NCBI GenBank assembly: GCA_964549505.1 | Contig: CAZJVD010000006.1 | Span: 94,183-158,182 of the forward strand | Direction of reading: 5' to 3' | Origin: an uncultured Oligoflexia bacterium | Lineage (GTDB): Bacteria; Bdellovibrionota; UBA1018; CAZJVD01 | DNA length: 64,000 nucleotides | Shown here: positions 28,592 to 38,800 of the stretch, piece by piece | Layout of the letters: every line of letters begins with the position of its first letter | How positions within the stretch are numbered: the stretch's first letter is position 1 | The notes under the pieces: generated by a model | Told to the model about the DNA's origin: nothing | What the model saw: only the letters and a program-made list of their open reading frames with translations | The model's database searches: none | Translations under genes and position numbers: made by a program

Positions 28592-29407
28592 TCAGATTCG
28601 CCGAAGGATGGGCAAAAGCGCTCCGTGAATCCGTCGATTCGACGCTACGATTCCGCGCGATCCCAAACGATACGTACGTCCATCGAACTCAGTCACGCGA
28701 CCGCCAGCCTCGGTGACCAGTAGCGTTCCGGCGGCGACATCCCATGGGGAGAGTCCGTTCTCCCAAAAGCCATCGAAGAGACCGCACGCCGTGTATGCGA
28801 GATCGAGTGCCGCGGCTCCAGGGCGACGAACCCCTTGCGAGCGTACGCTCAGTTTCTCAAAAGCCTGCAGTTCGGATCTCAGAAGACCGTCGCGGCTCGT
28901 GCTGAATCCCGTGGAAAGCAACGCTCGCTCGAGCGTCGCCACCCGACTGACATGAATTTTCTTACCGTTCCGGCGTGCGCCGCGACCTTTTTCTGCGATG
29001 AACAGTTCGCGTGTGATCGGTTGGTAGATCACACCTAGAACCAGAACACCGCGAATCTCGAGGCCAATCGAAACACAGAACATCGGGAAGCTGTGAATAA
29101 AATTGGTGGTGCCATCCAGTGGATCGACAATCCATCGCCCTACCGAAAGCGTTTCGTGAGGTCGGTAACCGCTCTCTTCGCCAAGAAAATCGAGTGGGAT
29201 TCCGGTGGAGCCGAGAATCTTTCGACAAACCTGTTCTGATTCACGATCGGCCACGGTGACGATGCTCGAGTCGGGTTTGGACAGGTGTCTGAGCGGGCGC
29301 GTGAAGTAGCGGCGCAAGACCCGCCCGGAAGCGAGCGCTGCCCGAACTGCCGTACGTCGACAGCGATCGAGTTCGGCTTGAGTGAGCGTTACTGGCTTCG
29401 CGCCCAT
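28592..29407 (-). CDS. inositol monophosphatase family protein (SuhB/CysQ-like)
   Basis: Start trimmed to MGAKPVTLTQAEL. Motifs EESG.. and WIVDPLDGTTNFIH, with a C-terminal WDVAAG. Confidence 0.85.
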   Translation of the reverse strand: MGAKPVTLTQAELDRCRRTAVRAALASGRVLRRYFTRPLRHLSKPDSSIVTVADRESEQVCRKILGSTGIPLDFLGEESGYRPHETLSVGRWIVDPLDGTTNFIHSFPMFCVSIGLEIRGVLVLGVIYQPITRELFIAEKGRGARRNGKKIHVSRVATLERALLSTGFSTSRDGLLRSELQAFEKLSVRSQGVRRPGAAALDLAYTACGLFDGFWENGLSPWDVAAGTLLVTEAGGRVTEFDGRTYRLGSRGIVASNRRIHGALLPILRRI

Positions 29408-30267
29408 GCTTGAAATTCTTGTCGGAGTTCCAGAGTAACAGGCCCCGGTGTTCCTTGATGGATCGCTGTTTGGTCGACAGCGACGATCGGGAACACATCT
29501 TTGACCGAGCTCGTGAGAAAAACCTCCTGCGCCTGGTACAAGTGTTCCGGCATAAAAAGGGACTCGCGTGTGGTGAGACCCTTGTCGCGCGCGATGCGAA
29601 GCGTATGGCGTCGCGTGATTCCGTCGAGAATGCCGACAGAAAGAGGAGGCGTGACCACGATGCCATCGCGGACATACCAAATGTTAAACGTCGTGCCTTC
29701 GGTGACGAAGCCTTCGTGGTTCAGCATGATGGCATCATCGTAGCCGTCGCTCTCAGCTTCAAAAAATGCAAGAACGCTGTTGAGGTAGTTACCGGATTTC
29801 ATTGCTGGATCGAGCGCGTTCGGGTGATTGCGAATACGTTTAGCGATTTTTATTCGGATTCCTTTTCGCACGGCTGACTCATCAAAGGTCGGTAACGTTT
29901 CGGCAACGACGACATAAGGAAACCATTCGCGAATTCCCTTTTCAGAGAACAGTATGTCACCACGCCCACGACTTACCATGAACCGTATATACACTTCGTC
30001 TTTTGGAAAGCGCTGTTTGAAAGCCTCGACCGTATCCAGAATCGCGGACCGGAACTGGGGCATTCGGCTCTGCAGGTCCATGCGCGCTAAATGTGCTGAC
30101 GCTTTAAGGCGCTCGAGATGCTCGTCCAATGCGAGAAGTTTTCGTGAGTAAGTACGAACGACCTCGTAAAGGCTGTCGCCGTACAAGTATCCGCGATCCA
30201 ATGGTGAAATGCGTGCTTCCGCCTCGTCGGTGATACGGCCATTGACGTTCACAATTCGGTTTTTCAT
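29389..30267 (-). CDS. class IV (fold type IV) aminotransferase: branched-chain/D-amino-acid aminotransferase or ADC lyase family
   Basis: MKNRIVNVNGRITDEAEARISPLDRGYLYGDSLYEVVRTY, ..EGTTFNIWYV.. and ILDGITRR. Alternative start at 30279. Confidence 0.8.
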   Translation of the reverse strand: MKNRIVNVNGRITDEAEARISPLDRGYLYGDSLYEVVRTYSRKLLALDEHLERLKASAHLARMDLQSRMPQFRSAILDTVEAFKQRFPKDEVYIRFMVSRGRGDILFSEKGIREWFPYVVVAETLPTFDESAVRKGIRIKIAKRIRNHPNALDPAMKSGNYLNSVLAFFEAESDGYDDAIMLNHEGFVTEGTTFNIWYVRDGIVVTPPLSVGILDGITRRHTLRIARDKGLTTRESLFMPEHLYQAQEVFLTSSVKDVFPIVAVDQTAIHQGTPGPVTLELRQEFQAWARSQ

Positions 30268-30282
30268 GTTAGCTGTCATACC

Positions 30283-31572
30283 ATGAAAGAGACCTGGACA
30301 GGATCCGCATTTGTTCTTGTGCCGCACTGGCCGAAGGGTGCAGGCAGCGACGGTACCGATGCGACCGTTTTCGACAACGGCGAAGAAATGACCGAACTGT
30401 TACGAACACTTTCGGTCCGTGCCGCGGGTATCGAAGTCTTACGGGTGCGTCGGATCCATCCGGCTACTTTTGTTGGAAAAGGCAAACTCGAAGAACTCTT
30501 GCAGTCCGAAGAATTTGCGGAATTGGATTTTGTCGTGATCGACGCAGAGCTCAGTCCATCGCAGATGAGAAATATCGAGACGTTGCTCAAGAAACCGATT
30601 CTCGATCGTCCGGGTGTGATTCTTGAGATCTTTTATCGTAATGCGCGTACGCGAGAGGCAAAGACGCAAGTCGAGCTCGCGCGCCTTCAGTATCTCTTGC
30701 CACGTCTGACACGAATGTGGAGTCACTTCGAACGACAGCGAGGAGGGGGTGTCGGAAACCGAGGGATGGGTGAGCGACAGATCGAGGTCGACCGTCGTTT
30801 GATTAAGAAGCGGATCTCTGTACTCGAAGACAAGCTCAAAACTATTTCGAAGAACCGCGGTGTGCAACGCCAAGGACGGGCTGACATCCTGAAAGTCGCG
30901 TTTGTGGGTTACACGAACGCAGGTAAGAGCACGCTCCTCAACGCGCTTACGAAAAGTTCGGTGGTCGCGGAAGACAAGCTGTTTGCAACCCTGGACACGA
31001 CGGCGCGCGCACTCAATCCTGATTTTCACCCTCCCATTGTTGCCATGGATACGGTGGGTTTCATCAGGCGCCTTCCCCCATCACTTGTCGCGAGCTTTCG
31101 CTCGACGTTAGAAGAGTTGCGATCGGCGCATCTCTTGGTCCATGTTCTCGACGCTTCTTCACAGGACGTTCGTTCGCAGATGGACACGACCGAAAGTGTT
31201 TTAAAGGAGCTTGAACTCGATGCGATTCCACGGATGGTGATTTTTAACAAGATGGACCTTGTTGAGGCGCGAGGCGAGGGAGAGCTCAACTGGCTTCGTA
31301 CCGTCGGACGCGGAGCGCTTCGCGTATCGGCGCTACGCGAAGCGGATCTTAAACGCTTACGTGAAGCGATTGAAAATCATTTTAAAGCTAGTCTTCCACT
31401 GTTGGAGCTCATGGTGCCGTATGACCATGGAGATATTCAGGCAAAGGTTCGAGCTGTTGGATTCGTAGAAACCGAACGACCTCATGAGCAAGGAATATTT
31501 TTTCGGGTTAGGATAGCTCCTGAATGGATTGGAAGACTCGGACTCGCATCCTATCGATTGGGATCTGCTTAA
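30283..31572 (+). CDS. hflX: GTPase HflX
   Basis: HflX N-terminal domain (..ATFVGKGKLEEL..) and G domain VGYTNAGKSTLLNALT, DTVGFI, NKMD. Confidence 0.9.
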   Translation: MKETWTGSAFVLVPHWPKGAGSDGTDATVFDNGEEMTELLRTLSVRAAGIEVLRVRRIHPATFVGKGKLEELLQSEEFAELDFVVIDAELSPSQMRNIETLLKKPILDRPGVILEIFYRNARTREAKTQVELARLQYLLPRLTRMWSHFERQRGGGVGNRGMGERQIEVDRRLIKKRISVLEDKLKTISKNRGVQRQGRADILKVAFVGYTNAGKSTLLNALTKSSVVAEDKLFATLDTTARALNPDFHPPIVAMDTVGFIRRLPPSLVASFRSTLEELRSAHLLVHVLDASSQDVRSQMDTTESVLKELELDAIPRMVIFNKMDLVEARGEGELNWLRTVGRGALRVSALREADLKRLREAIENHFKASLPLLELMVPYDHGDIQAKVRAVGFVETERPHEQGIFFRVRIAPEWIGRLGLASYRLGSA

Positions 31573-33365
31573 GCGCGTGTTCCTCGCAGCTGGCGCGTGC
31601 GGGCGTTTTTGTTTCGCAAACCGATGTCTCTGCGACGCCCCTTAATGACTCGAAGGTCACTGAGCTGCGGCCGACGGAACGCAATCCGTGGCGCCAGACG
31701 TGGGAGCTAGCGCGGCGTGTGTTTCCGCTTGGACTCGAAGCTAAAACGACGGCGGCCCTCGGAATGTACCAAGGTTCCGTTCAGGGGATTCGTCTTGCGA
31801 CCGAAGTTTTTGTTCGTCCGGTCGAGTTTGTCCGGTTTCACCAGCCGCTCGCCGAAGCCTGTATGGATGCTCGCGGCAACACGGCGTTTCACAGCTATGA
31901 GCAGAGTCTGGCCACCGCCGAAGAAGCGGCTCGGCGCTGGGAACAGCTTTTAAAAACGGAACTGACCCAGCTCGAAGCGCGCATCCGTCGCGAGACCGAT
32001 CGTGATCGTGGAGTTCTCGTCGCACGATTGCTGCAAATTTTCTCTTCCTGGACGCGAGAGCAGGACTACGCTTACCAGAACGCACTCTTGCCTTCGATTC
32101 GACGACTCGAGAAAGAGCGCCTTGTCGCGAGTCTTGGGAAGCAGGTACTGCGATGTAAGGGGGCGGCTTCGTTACGTCCACCCACCGAGGCGGACGCCAA
32201 TGCCATCACCCTCCGAACGGACGAAGCACCCACGACGCGCATACCGATTCGATGGTCTGACGGGGGCTGGGTGGCGCGCGTTTCTTTGGACTACCGTGGG
32301 AAGGCGCGACTCAACGGACGTTTCTTGATTGATCTCGACACGCTCGAGAGCGAAGTGTCCCCTGATTTTTTAGATTTTCAGGGCGTGCCGATTGCGCGTG
32401 GAGAGTGGGCGAAGCGAACCGCAGTCGATCCATTGCGTCTCTTTTTTGAAAAAGTGACGACGGGTACGCATGAGTTGCGACTCCAAGATCTGAAAGTCAC
32501 GCCGACAGAACGTTTCTTGCCGCCGCATGCGTCGAAAATCTGCTGTGACGGAGTTCTTGGATGGGACTTTTTCGCTCAGTATCTGGTTGAATATCGACCT
32601 GGGCCGTTTCCCGAGCTTCTATTGTGGAAGCGAGGGGTGAAACCGACGGGCGGTTCTGCGCTGTGGCTCGAATTGCCGGTCGAGTACCGTGACGATGGTC
32701 TCGTGAGCACCGTTTGTGAGCCGCGACCGATTCGATGGGTGAGTGCGATGGCAGCACGGAACGTGCTCGGAGCTAAAAAAAGTTCTGAGGCGACCCACGG
32801 TAAGTTTTCCGAGACGCTGTGGAGTTGCGAGGATACGAAACTTTTTCGTGTCATTTCGGCGGCTGCGGCAGGCGCTGGGCAACCATGGACACCCTCCGTG
32901 GAGATCTTGCGGGAGCTCCGCTGGGCAGTCGATGTCAGTGGCGGAAAACTTTGGGTGAGCCGTGCGGAACTTCCGCTCGAAGAACTGCCCAATCTTTCGG
33001 GTCTTGAACTGCGATTTGTGTTGGATCAGCTCGGCGACCGCGAACTACGCGTTGTCGCGCTCAGCGGGGGCGCGTGGATCAAGCCTCTGGTGCGGCAAGG
33101 GCTTACGCTTCAGTCTCGGATACTTGAAATCAATGGAGTCGATGTTTCCAAGATCAACGCCCAGGAAGTTCAGCGTCACTTGAGTGGAATCGTGAGCTCA
33201 AAGCTGCAGTTAAAATGGAAAACTGGGGCACAGGTCGGTGAAGCCGTGCTCGAGTTACCCAAAAACCGTTTCAAGCTTCCAAGCCGGCCCGGAGCGAACC
33301 GCAACGCCAAAAAGCCTTTTCGCTTGGTAAAGCGCAAGCAACCCGCTCTCAGCTCGCGTTTCTGA
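31524..33365 (+). CDS. lipoprotein with a C-terminal PDZ domain (possible degenerate retropepsin-like core)
   Basis: Lipobox ILSIGICLSAC. PDZ-like C-terminus (GLTLQSRILEINGVDVSKINAQEVQRHLSG). GVLGWDFFAQYLVEY resembles the retropepsin-like fold, but no D-T/S-G catalytic motif is present. Confidence 0.55.
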   Translation: MDWKTRTRILSIGICLSACSSQLARAGVFVSQTDVSATPLNDSKVTELRPTERNPWRQTWELARRVFPLGLEAKTTAALGMYQGSVQGIRLATEVFVRPVEFVRFHQPLAEACMDARGNTAFHSYEQSLATAEEAARRWEQLLKTELTQLEARIRRETDRDRGVLVARLLQIFSSWTREQDYAYQNALLPSIRRLEKERLVASLGKQVLRCKGAASLRPPTEADANAITLRTDEAPTTRIPIRWSDGGWVARVSLDYRGKARLNGRFLIDLDTLESEVSPDFLDFQGVPIARGEWAKRTAVDPLRLFFEKVTTGTHELRLQDLKVTPTERFLPPHASKICCDGVLGWDFFAQYLVEYRPGPFPELLLWKRGVKPTGGSALWLELPVEYRDDGLVSTVCEPRPIRWVSAMAARNVLGAKKSSEATHGKFSETLWSCEDTKLFRVISAAAAGAGQPWTPSVEILRELRWAVDVSGGKLWVSRAELPLEELPNLSGLELRFVLDQLGDRELRVVALSGGAWIKPLVRQGLTLQSRILEINGVDVSKINAQEVQRHLSGIVSSKLQLKWKTGAQVGEAVLELPKNRFKLPSRPGANRNAKKPFRLVKRKQPALSSRF

Positions 33366-34214
33366 AACCACCGACATCGGACTGTTATCCAACGCGCGCC
33401 GACTGATATCGAGCAAAGGTCGCTGATTGCCATGCTTGAGAGAATGCGCCTCGTCTTGAGAGATCTCGCAACGCGATAACCCACGCAGAAGTTCGTCAAA
33501 CGCGGTCCAGTGTTCCAGCGTTTCAATCGCCATCTTGGACCGAATACTCTCGAGCGTTGCCGGCAAGCTCCGTGCGTTTTCAAGGGAAAGTGGACCCGAC
33601 GCTGTTCGCTTCAGCGTCACCAGCGTTCCGAGGCTTCCGGCTAAGCGTGCGAAGTCCTGGGCTAAGGTTCGAACGTACGTACCGGAAGTACAAGCGAGTG
33701 CAAACGTACAGTTCTGACCATCGAAGCTCTCGACGCGAAACTCAAAGAGGCGGCAGGTCTTCATCTCGCGCTCGACCTCCTGACCCGCGCGCGCCAGTTC
33801 GTAAAGCGGTTTTCCACCTACTTTTTTTGCTGAGAACATCGGCGGTGTCTGAAGATAGTCATGCTCGGTCATCTGGCGTGCGATCGCACACAGCCGTTCG
33901 AGGCTTTCAGGGCGCTTGTCAGTCGTGGCGCCGGTCGTTCCAGTTCCATCTCCCGTGTCGGTTTCATGCCCAAACACGATCGTTCCTTCGTAACTCTTTG
34001 TTCCGCCCAGAAAGTAGCGCGCGGCTCGACAAGCTTTACCTAAGAAAACAACCAGAAGTCCCGTTGCAAAAGGGTCCAGCGTTCCACCGTGACCAATGCG
34101 TACGTCACGTTTCTTTGCCGCAAATCCTGCACGCACAAGTTCCGTTTTGATCTGATCGACCACACCGAACGAGGTGACACCAGCAGGCTTGTCGATCAAA
34201 AGAGCGCCGTTCAT
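33255..34214 (-). CDS. truB: tRNA pseudouridine(55) synthase TruB
   Basis: MNGALLIDKPAGVTSF .. GHGGTLDPFATGLL (catalytic Asp). Its ATG overlaps the rbfA stop. Confidence 0.9.
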   Translation of the reverse strand: MNGALLIDKPAGVTSFGVVDQIKTELVRAGFAAKKRDVRIGHGGTLDPFATGLLVVFLGKACRAARYFLGGTKSYEGTIVFGHETDTGDGTGTTGATTDKRPESLERLCAIARQMTEHDYLQTPPMFSAKKVGGKPLYELARAGQEVEREMKTCRLFEFRVESFDGQNCTFALACTSGTYVRTLAQDFARLAGSLGTLVTLKRTASGPLSLENARSLPATLESIRSKMAIETLEHWTAFDELLRGLSRCEISQDEAHSLKHGNQRPLLDISRRALDNSPMSVVSETRAESGLLALYQAKRLFGVAVRSGPAWKLETVFG

Positions 34215-34597
34215 GAGGACGTCTTTCGCTCCGAAATCGTCTGCAAGAGTTCCTGAATGCGATCCGCATTCGCTAATCCCTTGTCTTCACGAAAGCGAAT
34301 CTCCGGCGTGAACTTAAGCCCCAGAACTTTCGAGGTTTCACGTCTTAAGAAAGGCGCGGCTGACTCAAGACCTTTGAGAGAGCTTCGAATCTGGGCTTCG
34401 TAGTGAGACGGGCTGGCCGCTAGTCCAGGGCCACCGAGAGGAGAGATCCAGGCTGTGAAAACTTTTCCATCACCGGAGAGTTCCGCGCGCGTGAGCGTCA
34501 GATTCTGCACCCGTGGATCTTTGATCTCGTCGCGGATCATAACCGCCAACGTCTCGCGTAATACTGACTCGAGGCGTGCTAGGCGTTCGCGTTTCAT
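34211..34597 (-). CDS. rbfA: ribosome-binding factor A
   Basis: MKRERLARLESVLRETLAVMIRDEIKDPRV, 128 aa, located between infB and truB. Confidence 0.9.
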   Translation of the reverse strand: MKRERLARLESVLRETLAVMIRDEIKDPRVQNLTLTRAELSGDGKVFTAWISPLGGPGLAASPSHYEAQIRSSLKGLESAAPFLRRETSKVLGLKFTPEIRFREDKGLANADRIQELLQTISERKTSS

Positions 34598-34609
34598 ACT
34601 GCTTCCTTC

Positions 34610-37315
34610 TTAATGCGTCGTCTGCGCGATCGGCGCGTCGAGTTCCTGCGCTACCATCTCGATGTCGTACGCTTCGATAGCGTCTCCAACCTTGATGTCA
34701 TTGAAGCCTTCGATGCCGATCCCGCACTCGTAGCCCGATGCGACTTCGCGCGCGTCATCTTTGAAGCGCCTCAGTGAAGCAATCTTGCCATCGAAAACCA
34801 CGACGTTATCGCGGAGCAGGCGTGCTCGAGCGCTGCGGAGAATTTTTCCATCCGTCACCGCGCAACCCGCAATCATGCCGAGCTTCGGTACAGTAAATGT
34901 CTGACGAACTTCCGCGCGACCAAGAACCGTCTCGATGCGCTTTCGCTCGAGCATACCGGCCATAGCCTTTTTCACTTCATCAATGAGTTCGTAAATAATT
35001 CCGTAACAGCGGATCGAAACCTTCTCACGATCAGCCGTCGCTTGCGCTTTCGGTTCCGGTCGAACGTTGAATCCAAAGATAATTGCGTTCGAAGCGGAGG
35101 CGAGCAGCACATCACTCTCCGAAATCCCACCCGTTGCTGCGTGAATGACCGAAACCTTTACTTTTTCAGTCGTCGCTTTGAGCAGGCTCTCCTTGATCGC
35201 TTCCACACTTCCGAAGACATCGGCCTTTAAGATAATTTTAAGATCCTTCGATGTTTTTGGATCGGTGCGGGCCATCAAATCTTCCAGCGAGATTTTCTTC
35301 GGCCCCTGGGCCTTTGCACGCTTCTGGTCTTGGCGATGGCCGATCAGCTTTCGGCCGTCAACGTCCGACTTCACTTGAAAGAACTGGTCTCCAGCTTCTG
35401 GGACAGACTCAAGACCCAAAACTTCCGCTGCCATTCCTGGTGTCACCTTATCGACTGGCGTGCTTTGCCAATCCATAAGGGCCCGGACGCGCCCCATGCT
35501 TTCGCCTGCGACGATGAGATCTCCGCGACCCAAAGTGCCGCGCGTGAGCAGGAGTGTCGCGACAGGCCCGCGACCTTTTTCAAGTCGCGATTCAAGGACG
35601 GTTCCCTGTCCGAGTGCCGTCGGATTAGCCTTGAGGTCCAAAACGTCAGCTTGAAGCAGAATGGCTTCTAAAAGTTTGTCGATCCCTGTCTTTTTCAGCG
35701 CCGATACGGGAACGAACATCGCTTCGCCGCCCCAGTCGTCCGCTAAGAGATTGAGCTCGGCCAAGGACTGCTTTGTTTTCTCGAGATTGGCGCCCGGCTT
35801 GTCCATCTTGTTGACGGCGACAATGATCGGAACTTTAGCGGCTTGAGCATGGCTCAAAGCTTCGCGTGTTTGAGGCATCACACCGTCGTCCGCTGCGACG
35901 ACCAGAATAACGATGTCTGTGACATCCGCTCCCCGCGCCCGCATCCCCGTGAATGCTTCGTGGCCCGGTGTATCGATGAATGTGATCTGGCGATCGTTCT
36001 TGGTGATCGTGTAGGCACCGATGTGTTGTGTGATTCCGCCTTTTTCACCCGCCGCAACGTTGGTTTCACGGATCGAATCCAGAAGTGTGGTTTTGCCGTG
36101 ATCCACGTGTCCCATGATCGTTACGACCGGGGGCCGTGACAGGAGCTCTTCGGCTTTGTCTTCGAACTGCGTTTCGATCACGTGCGACTCGTCAAACGCG
36201 ACGTTCTTCACTTCCCACTTAAACTCACCTGCGATCAACGACGCGGTATCATAGTCGATGCCGCTGTTCATGTTCGCCATGTGACCCATACCCATGAGCT
36301 TTCGAATCACATCGCCCGCTTTAAGGTTCATCTGATGAGCCAGTTCGGACACCGTAATTTGAGCACCCATCTGCACCACGCGCTTATGTTCAGCTGGAGT
36401 GGTGATTCGTGTTGTTTTGATATCTTTACCTACGGGTAAGCGTTTTCTGCGTGGGAGGAAAACCATTTCTTTCTTGCGGTAATCAGAGAACTTAACGTCC
36501 TCAGGACGAAGGTTTTCCTTAACGGAGGGACGTCGCTTAGCAGCCTCATCGGCTGCCATCTTGTCCAAGCTCTCCTTATTCATCTTAATGATATGCGTGC
36601 CGCCGTAACCAGGCGCCGCTGTTCCGTCTTTTGACGGCGTGCGCGCTTTCAGGTCTGAGGTGCCCGGAGCTCGTACCGGAGTCGGTGGTTTGGCTTGGAC
36701 GATTTTCAGTCCGTTCAATCGCGGGCCATTGGGGTCGGCCTTCGTGAGAAAAGTACGTCGTCCCGGAATCACCGGTGCTTGTGCGGACGAAGCGCCCGAC
36801 GGTGTTTCCGCTTCAGCTACAGCTTCGTGCGTCTCAACAGCCTCTTCGTGCTCCAGAAGCTCATGCATTCCGCGATTCGGTGGAGGAGGTGGTGTCGGCG
36901 TCCCAAGCTTCAGTGTCGCCGCTAACGTCTGCGTCGCTGACGTCGGTGTACGACGGCGAACAATCGCTTTTTTTCCGCTGCCTGAGGTGTCGGTGCCAGC
37001 GCTTGCGGTCATTCCGGCTGCTTGAGTTGCCGTGGGCGCCGCGGTCATTTGAGTCGCTACAGGCTCCGAGGGAGGTGTCGCAGCTGTTTCAGTCGCGCGT
37101 TTACGAACCGTGGTTCGTTTTGCTGGAGCTTTCTTGGACGTCTCTTTTTGGGTGAGACTGGTGCGAGCCAAATCGGCCTGAGCGGGTGTGAGGCCGCTCA
37201 TGTGGCTTTTCACCGTAATATTCAACGTCTTGAGCTTTTCGAGCAAGGAAATGGAGTCCATTCCGAGCTCTTTCGCCAATTCGTATACTTTGAGCGGTTC
37301 TGATTCGTTTATCAC
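34610..37315 (-). CDS. infB: translation initiation factor IF-2
   Basis: G domain [22 protein letters not shown] and NKMD, a disordered N-terminal region and the C-terminal domains. Length 901 aa. Confidence 0.95.
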   Translation of the reverse strand: MINESEPLKVYELAKELGMDSISLLEKLKTLNITVKSHMSGLTPAQADLARTSLTQKETSKKAPAKRTTVRKRATETAATPPSEPVATQMTAAPTATQAAGMTASAGTDTSGSGKKAIVRRRTPTSATQTLAATLKLGTPTPPPPPNRGMHELLEHEEAVETHEAVAEAETPSGASSAQAPVIPGRRTFLTKADPNGPRLNGLKIVQAKPPTPVRAPGTSDLKARTPSKDGTAAPGYGGTHIIKMNKESLDKMAADEAAKRRPSVKENLRPEDVKFSDYRKKEMVFLPRRKRLPVGKDIKTTRITTPAEHKRVVQMGAQITVSELAHQMNLKAGDVIRKLMGMGHMANMNSGIDYDTASLIAGEFKWEVKNVAFDESHVIETQFEDKAEELLSRPPVVTIMGHVDHGKTTLLDSIRETNVAAGEKGGITQHIGAYTITKNDRQITFIDTPGHEAFTGMRARGADVTDIVILVVAADDGVMPQTREALSHAQAAKVPIIVAVNKMDKPGANLEKTKQSLAELNLLADDWGGEAMFVPVSALKKTGIDKLLEAILLQADVLDLKANPTALGQGTVLESRLEKGRGPVATLLLTRGTLGRGDLIVAGESMGRVRALMDWQSTPVDKVTPGMAAEVLGLESVPEAGDQFFQVKSDVDGRKLIGHRQDQKRAKAQGPKKISLEDLMARTDPKTSKDLKIILKADVFGSVEAIKESLLKATTEKVKVSVIHAATGGISESDVLLASASNAIIFGFNVRPEPKAQATADREKVSIRCYGIIYELIDEVKKAMAGMLERKRIETVLGRAEVRQTFTVPKLGMIAGCAVTDGKILRSARARLLRDNVVVFDGKIASLRRFKDDAREVASGYECGIGIEGFNDIKVGDAIEAYDIEMVAQELDAPIAQTTH

Positions 37316-37348
37316 GTCGCTGGTTCTCTTTCTTCCTGAGACGTACCA

Positions 37349-38800
37349 TTACGTCACAGGTTTTTCCCCGGATTCAGATTCTTTATCTTTTTCGCTCGAT
37401 TGCTGCATCATTTCTCGCAAACGCTGTTCAGCCTGCGACTTTGCATCCGAGTTTTGAGGACTTGGTTCAGCTGAAAAAGCACCCTTTTCAGAATTCGAAG
37501 CTCCGTTAGGACCTTTTGAAATCTGAATCGATGGTTTTGCCAAAAGATCTCCGGCTTTCTCAACGACACTCTGAGCGCCCTGTTTGAGCTGTTCCGCTTT
37601 CGCTTCTTCTTCAAATCCTGGAACGGCTTGAAGTGCGGACACCTTCGCGTCTGCGACGTCACGCACACTGGCGAAACCCGTTTGGAATAGTGCTTGTGCC
37701 AAGGTTTCGTTGATTCCAGGAATATGTTGCAGATTGAACGTCGCCTCGGTTGTGCGCTGTTGCAGTTTAGTTTTCGATACGATGTCCAGCCGCCAACCTG
37801 TCAGTTGAGCCGCCAGACGAACGTTCTGACCTTTTTTCCCGATTGCGAGTGAAAGTTGATTGTCTTCCACCATGATTTCCATGCGTCGTCCGCCTTCGTC
37901 AACGTTGACGGAGGAGATTTCGGCGGGTTGCAGAGCCGAGCGGACAAACATCACAGGATTTTCTGACCACGGGATAATATCGATCTTCTCACCGCGTACT
38001 TCTTGAATGACGTTCTGAACGCGAACACCCTTCATACCGACGCAGGCACCAATCGGATCGACATCGCGATCTCTGGATGTCACGGCGATCTTGGCGCGGG
38101 CACCGGGCTCTCGCACACAGAGTTTCACCGAAACAATGCTTTCTCGGATTTCAGGAACCTCAATTTCAAAGAGCTTGATCAAATACTCTGGCGAGGTGCG
38201 GGACAGGCGCAGCTGCGGGCCGCGGCTCGTGGATAGAACGTCGAGCAAAATAGCCTGAACGCGATCGCCAGGTTTGAACTGTTCGCCCGGAATGATCTCT
38301 CCACGTGGTAAGAACGCATCGGTTTTTCCGAGGTCGATCACAAGATTGCCGCGCTCGACACGACGTGCGATCCCCGAGATGATTTCCCCCTTACGGTGAA
38401 TATACTCGTTGAAAATTACTTCGCGTTCGGCATCGCGGACTTTCTGAAAAATCACTTGTTTTGCGGTTTGCGCGTCAATGCGTCCGAAGTCCGTTTCGAC
38501 CTTCACGCCGATTTCATCGCCAATCTGGCAATCGGGATCGTAGGCCCGAGCGTCTTCGACTTTGATCTCTTCGTTTGGCTCGAGCATCGAGTCATCGCTT
38601 TCGACCACTTTCTTAAACAAGAAAACTTCGATCTCACCCGTCTCTTCGTTGAAATGACTTTCAAGAAGGGCACTCGGTCCAAAGCGCTTCTGTGCCGCTG
38701 ACAGCATGGCCTGTTCGAGAGCCGCGACAATGATCTCACGCTTAATACCGCGGTCTTTGCCGACGGACTCAATCACACGTACTAGTTCGAGGCCTTTCAT
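37349..38800 (-). CDS. nusA: transcription termination/antitermination factor NusA
   Basis: NusA N-terminal domain, S1, KH1 and KH2 (..AIGKKGQNVRLAAQLTGWRLDI..), one HhH/AR-like repeat and an acidic, disordered tail. Confidence 0.95.
   Translation of the reverse strand: MKGLELVRVIESVGKDRGIKREIIVAALEQAMLSAAQKRFGPSALLESHFNEETGEIEVFLFKKVVESDDSMLEPNEEIKVEDARAYDPDCQIGDEIGVKVETDFGRIDAQTAKQVIFQKVRDAEREVIFNEYIHRKGEIISGIARRVERGNLVIDLGKTDAFLPRGEIIPGEQFKPGDRVQAILLDVLSTSRGPQLRLSRTSPEYLIKLFEIEVPEIRESIVSVKLCVREPGARAKIAVTSRDRDVDPIGACVGMKGVRVQNVIQEVRGEKIDIIPWSENPVMFVRSALQPAEISSVNVDEGGRRMEIMVEDNQLSLAIGKKGQNVRLAAQLTGWRLDIVSKTKLQQRTTEATFNLQHIPGINETLAQALFQTGFASVRDVADAKVSALQAVPGFEEEAKAEQLKQGAQSVVEKAGDLLAKPSIQISKGPNGASNSEKGAFSAEPSPQNSDAKSQAEQRLREMMQQSSEKDKESESGEKPVT

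Noticed and set aside
29408-29680. N-terminal 91 codons of ORF 28592..29680 (IMPase-family gene)
   Set aside because: It overlaps the aminotransferase gene out of frame and is rich in Arg/His/Pro. The family homology starts at MGAKPVTL (29407).
31524-33365. Retropepsin-like aspartic protease call for the PDZ lipoprotein
   Set aside because: GVLGWDFF resembles the family's C-terminal motif, but the expected D-T/S-G-A active site reads LIDLDTLES. The catalytic assignment is dropped and only the PDZ domain and lipobox are kept.
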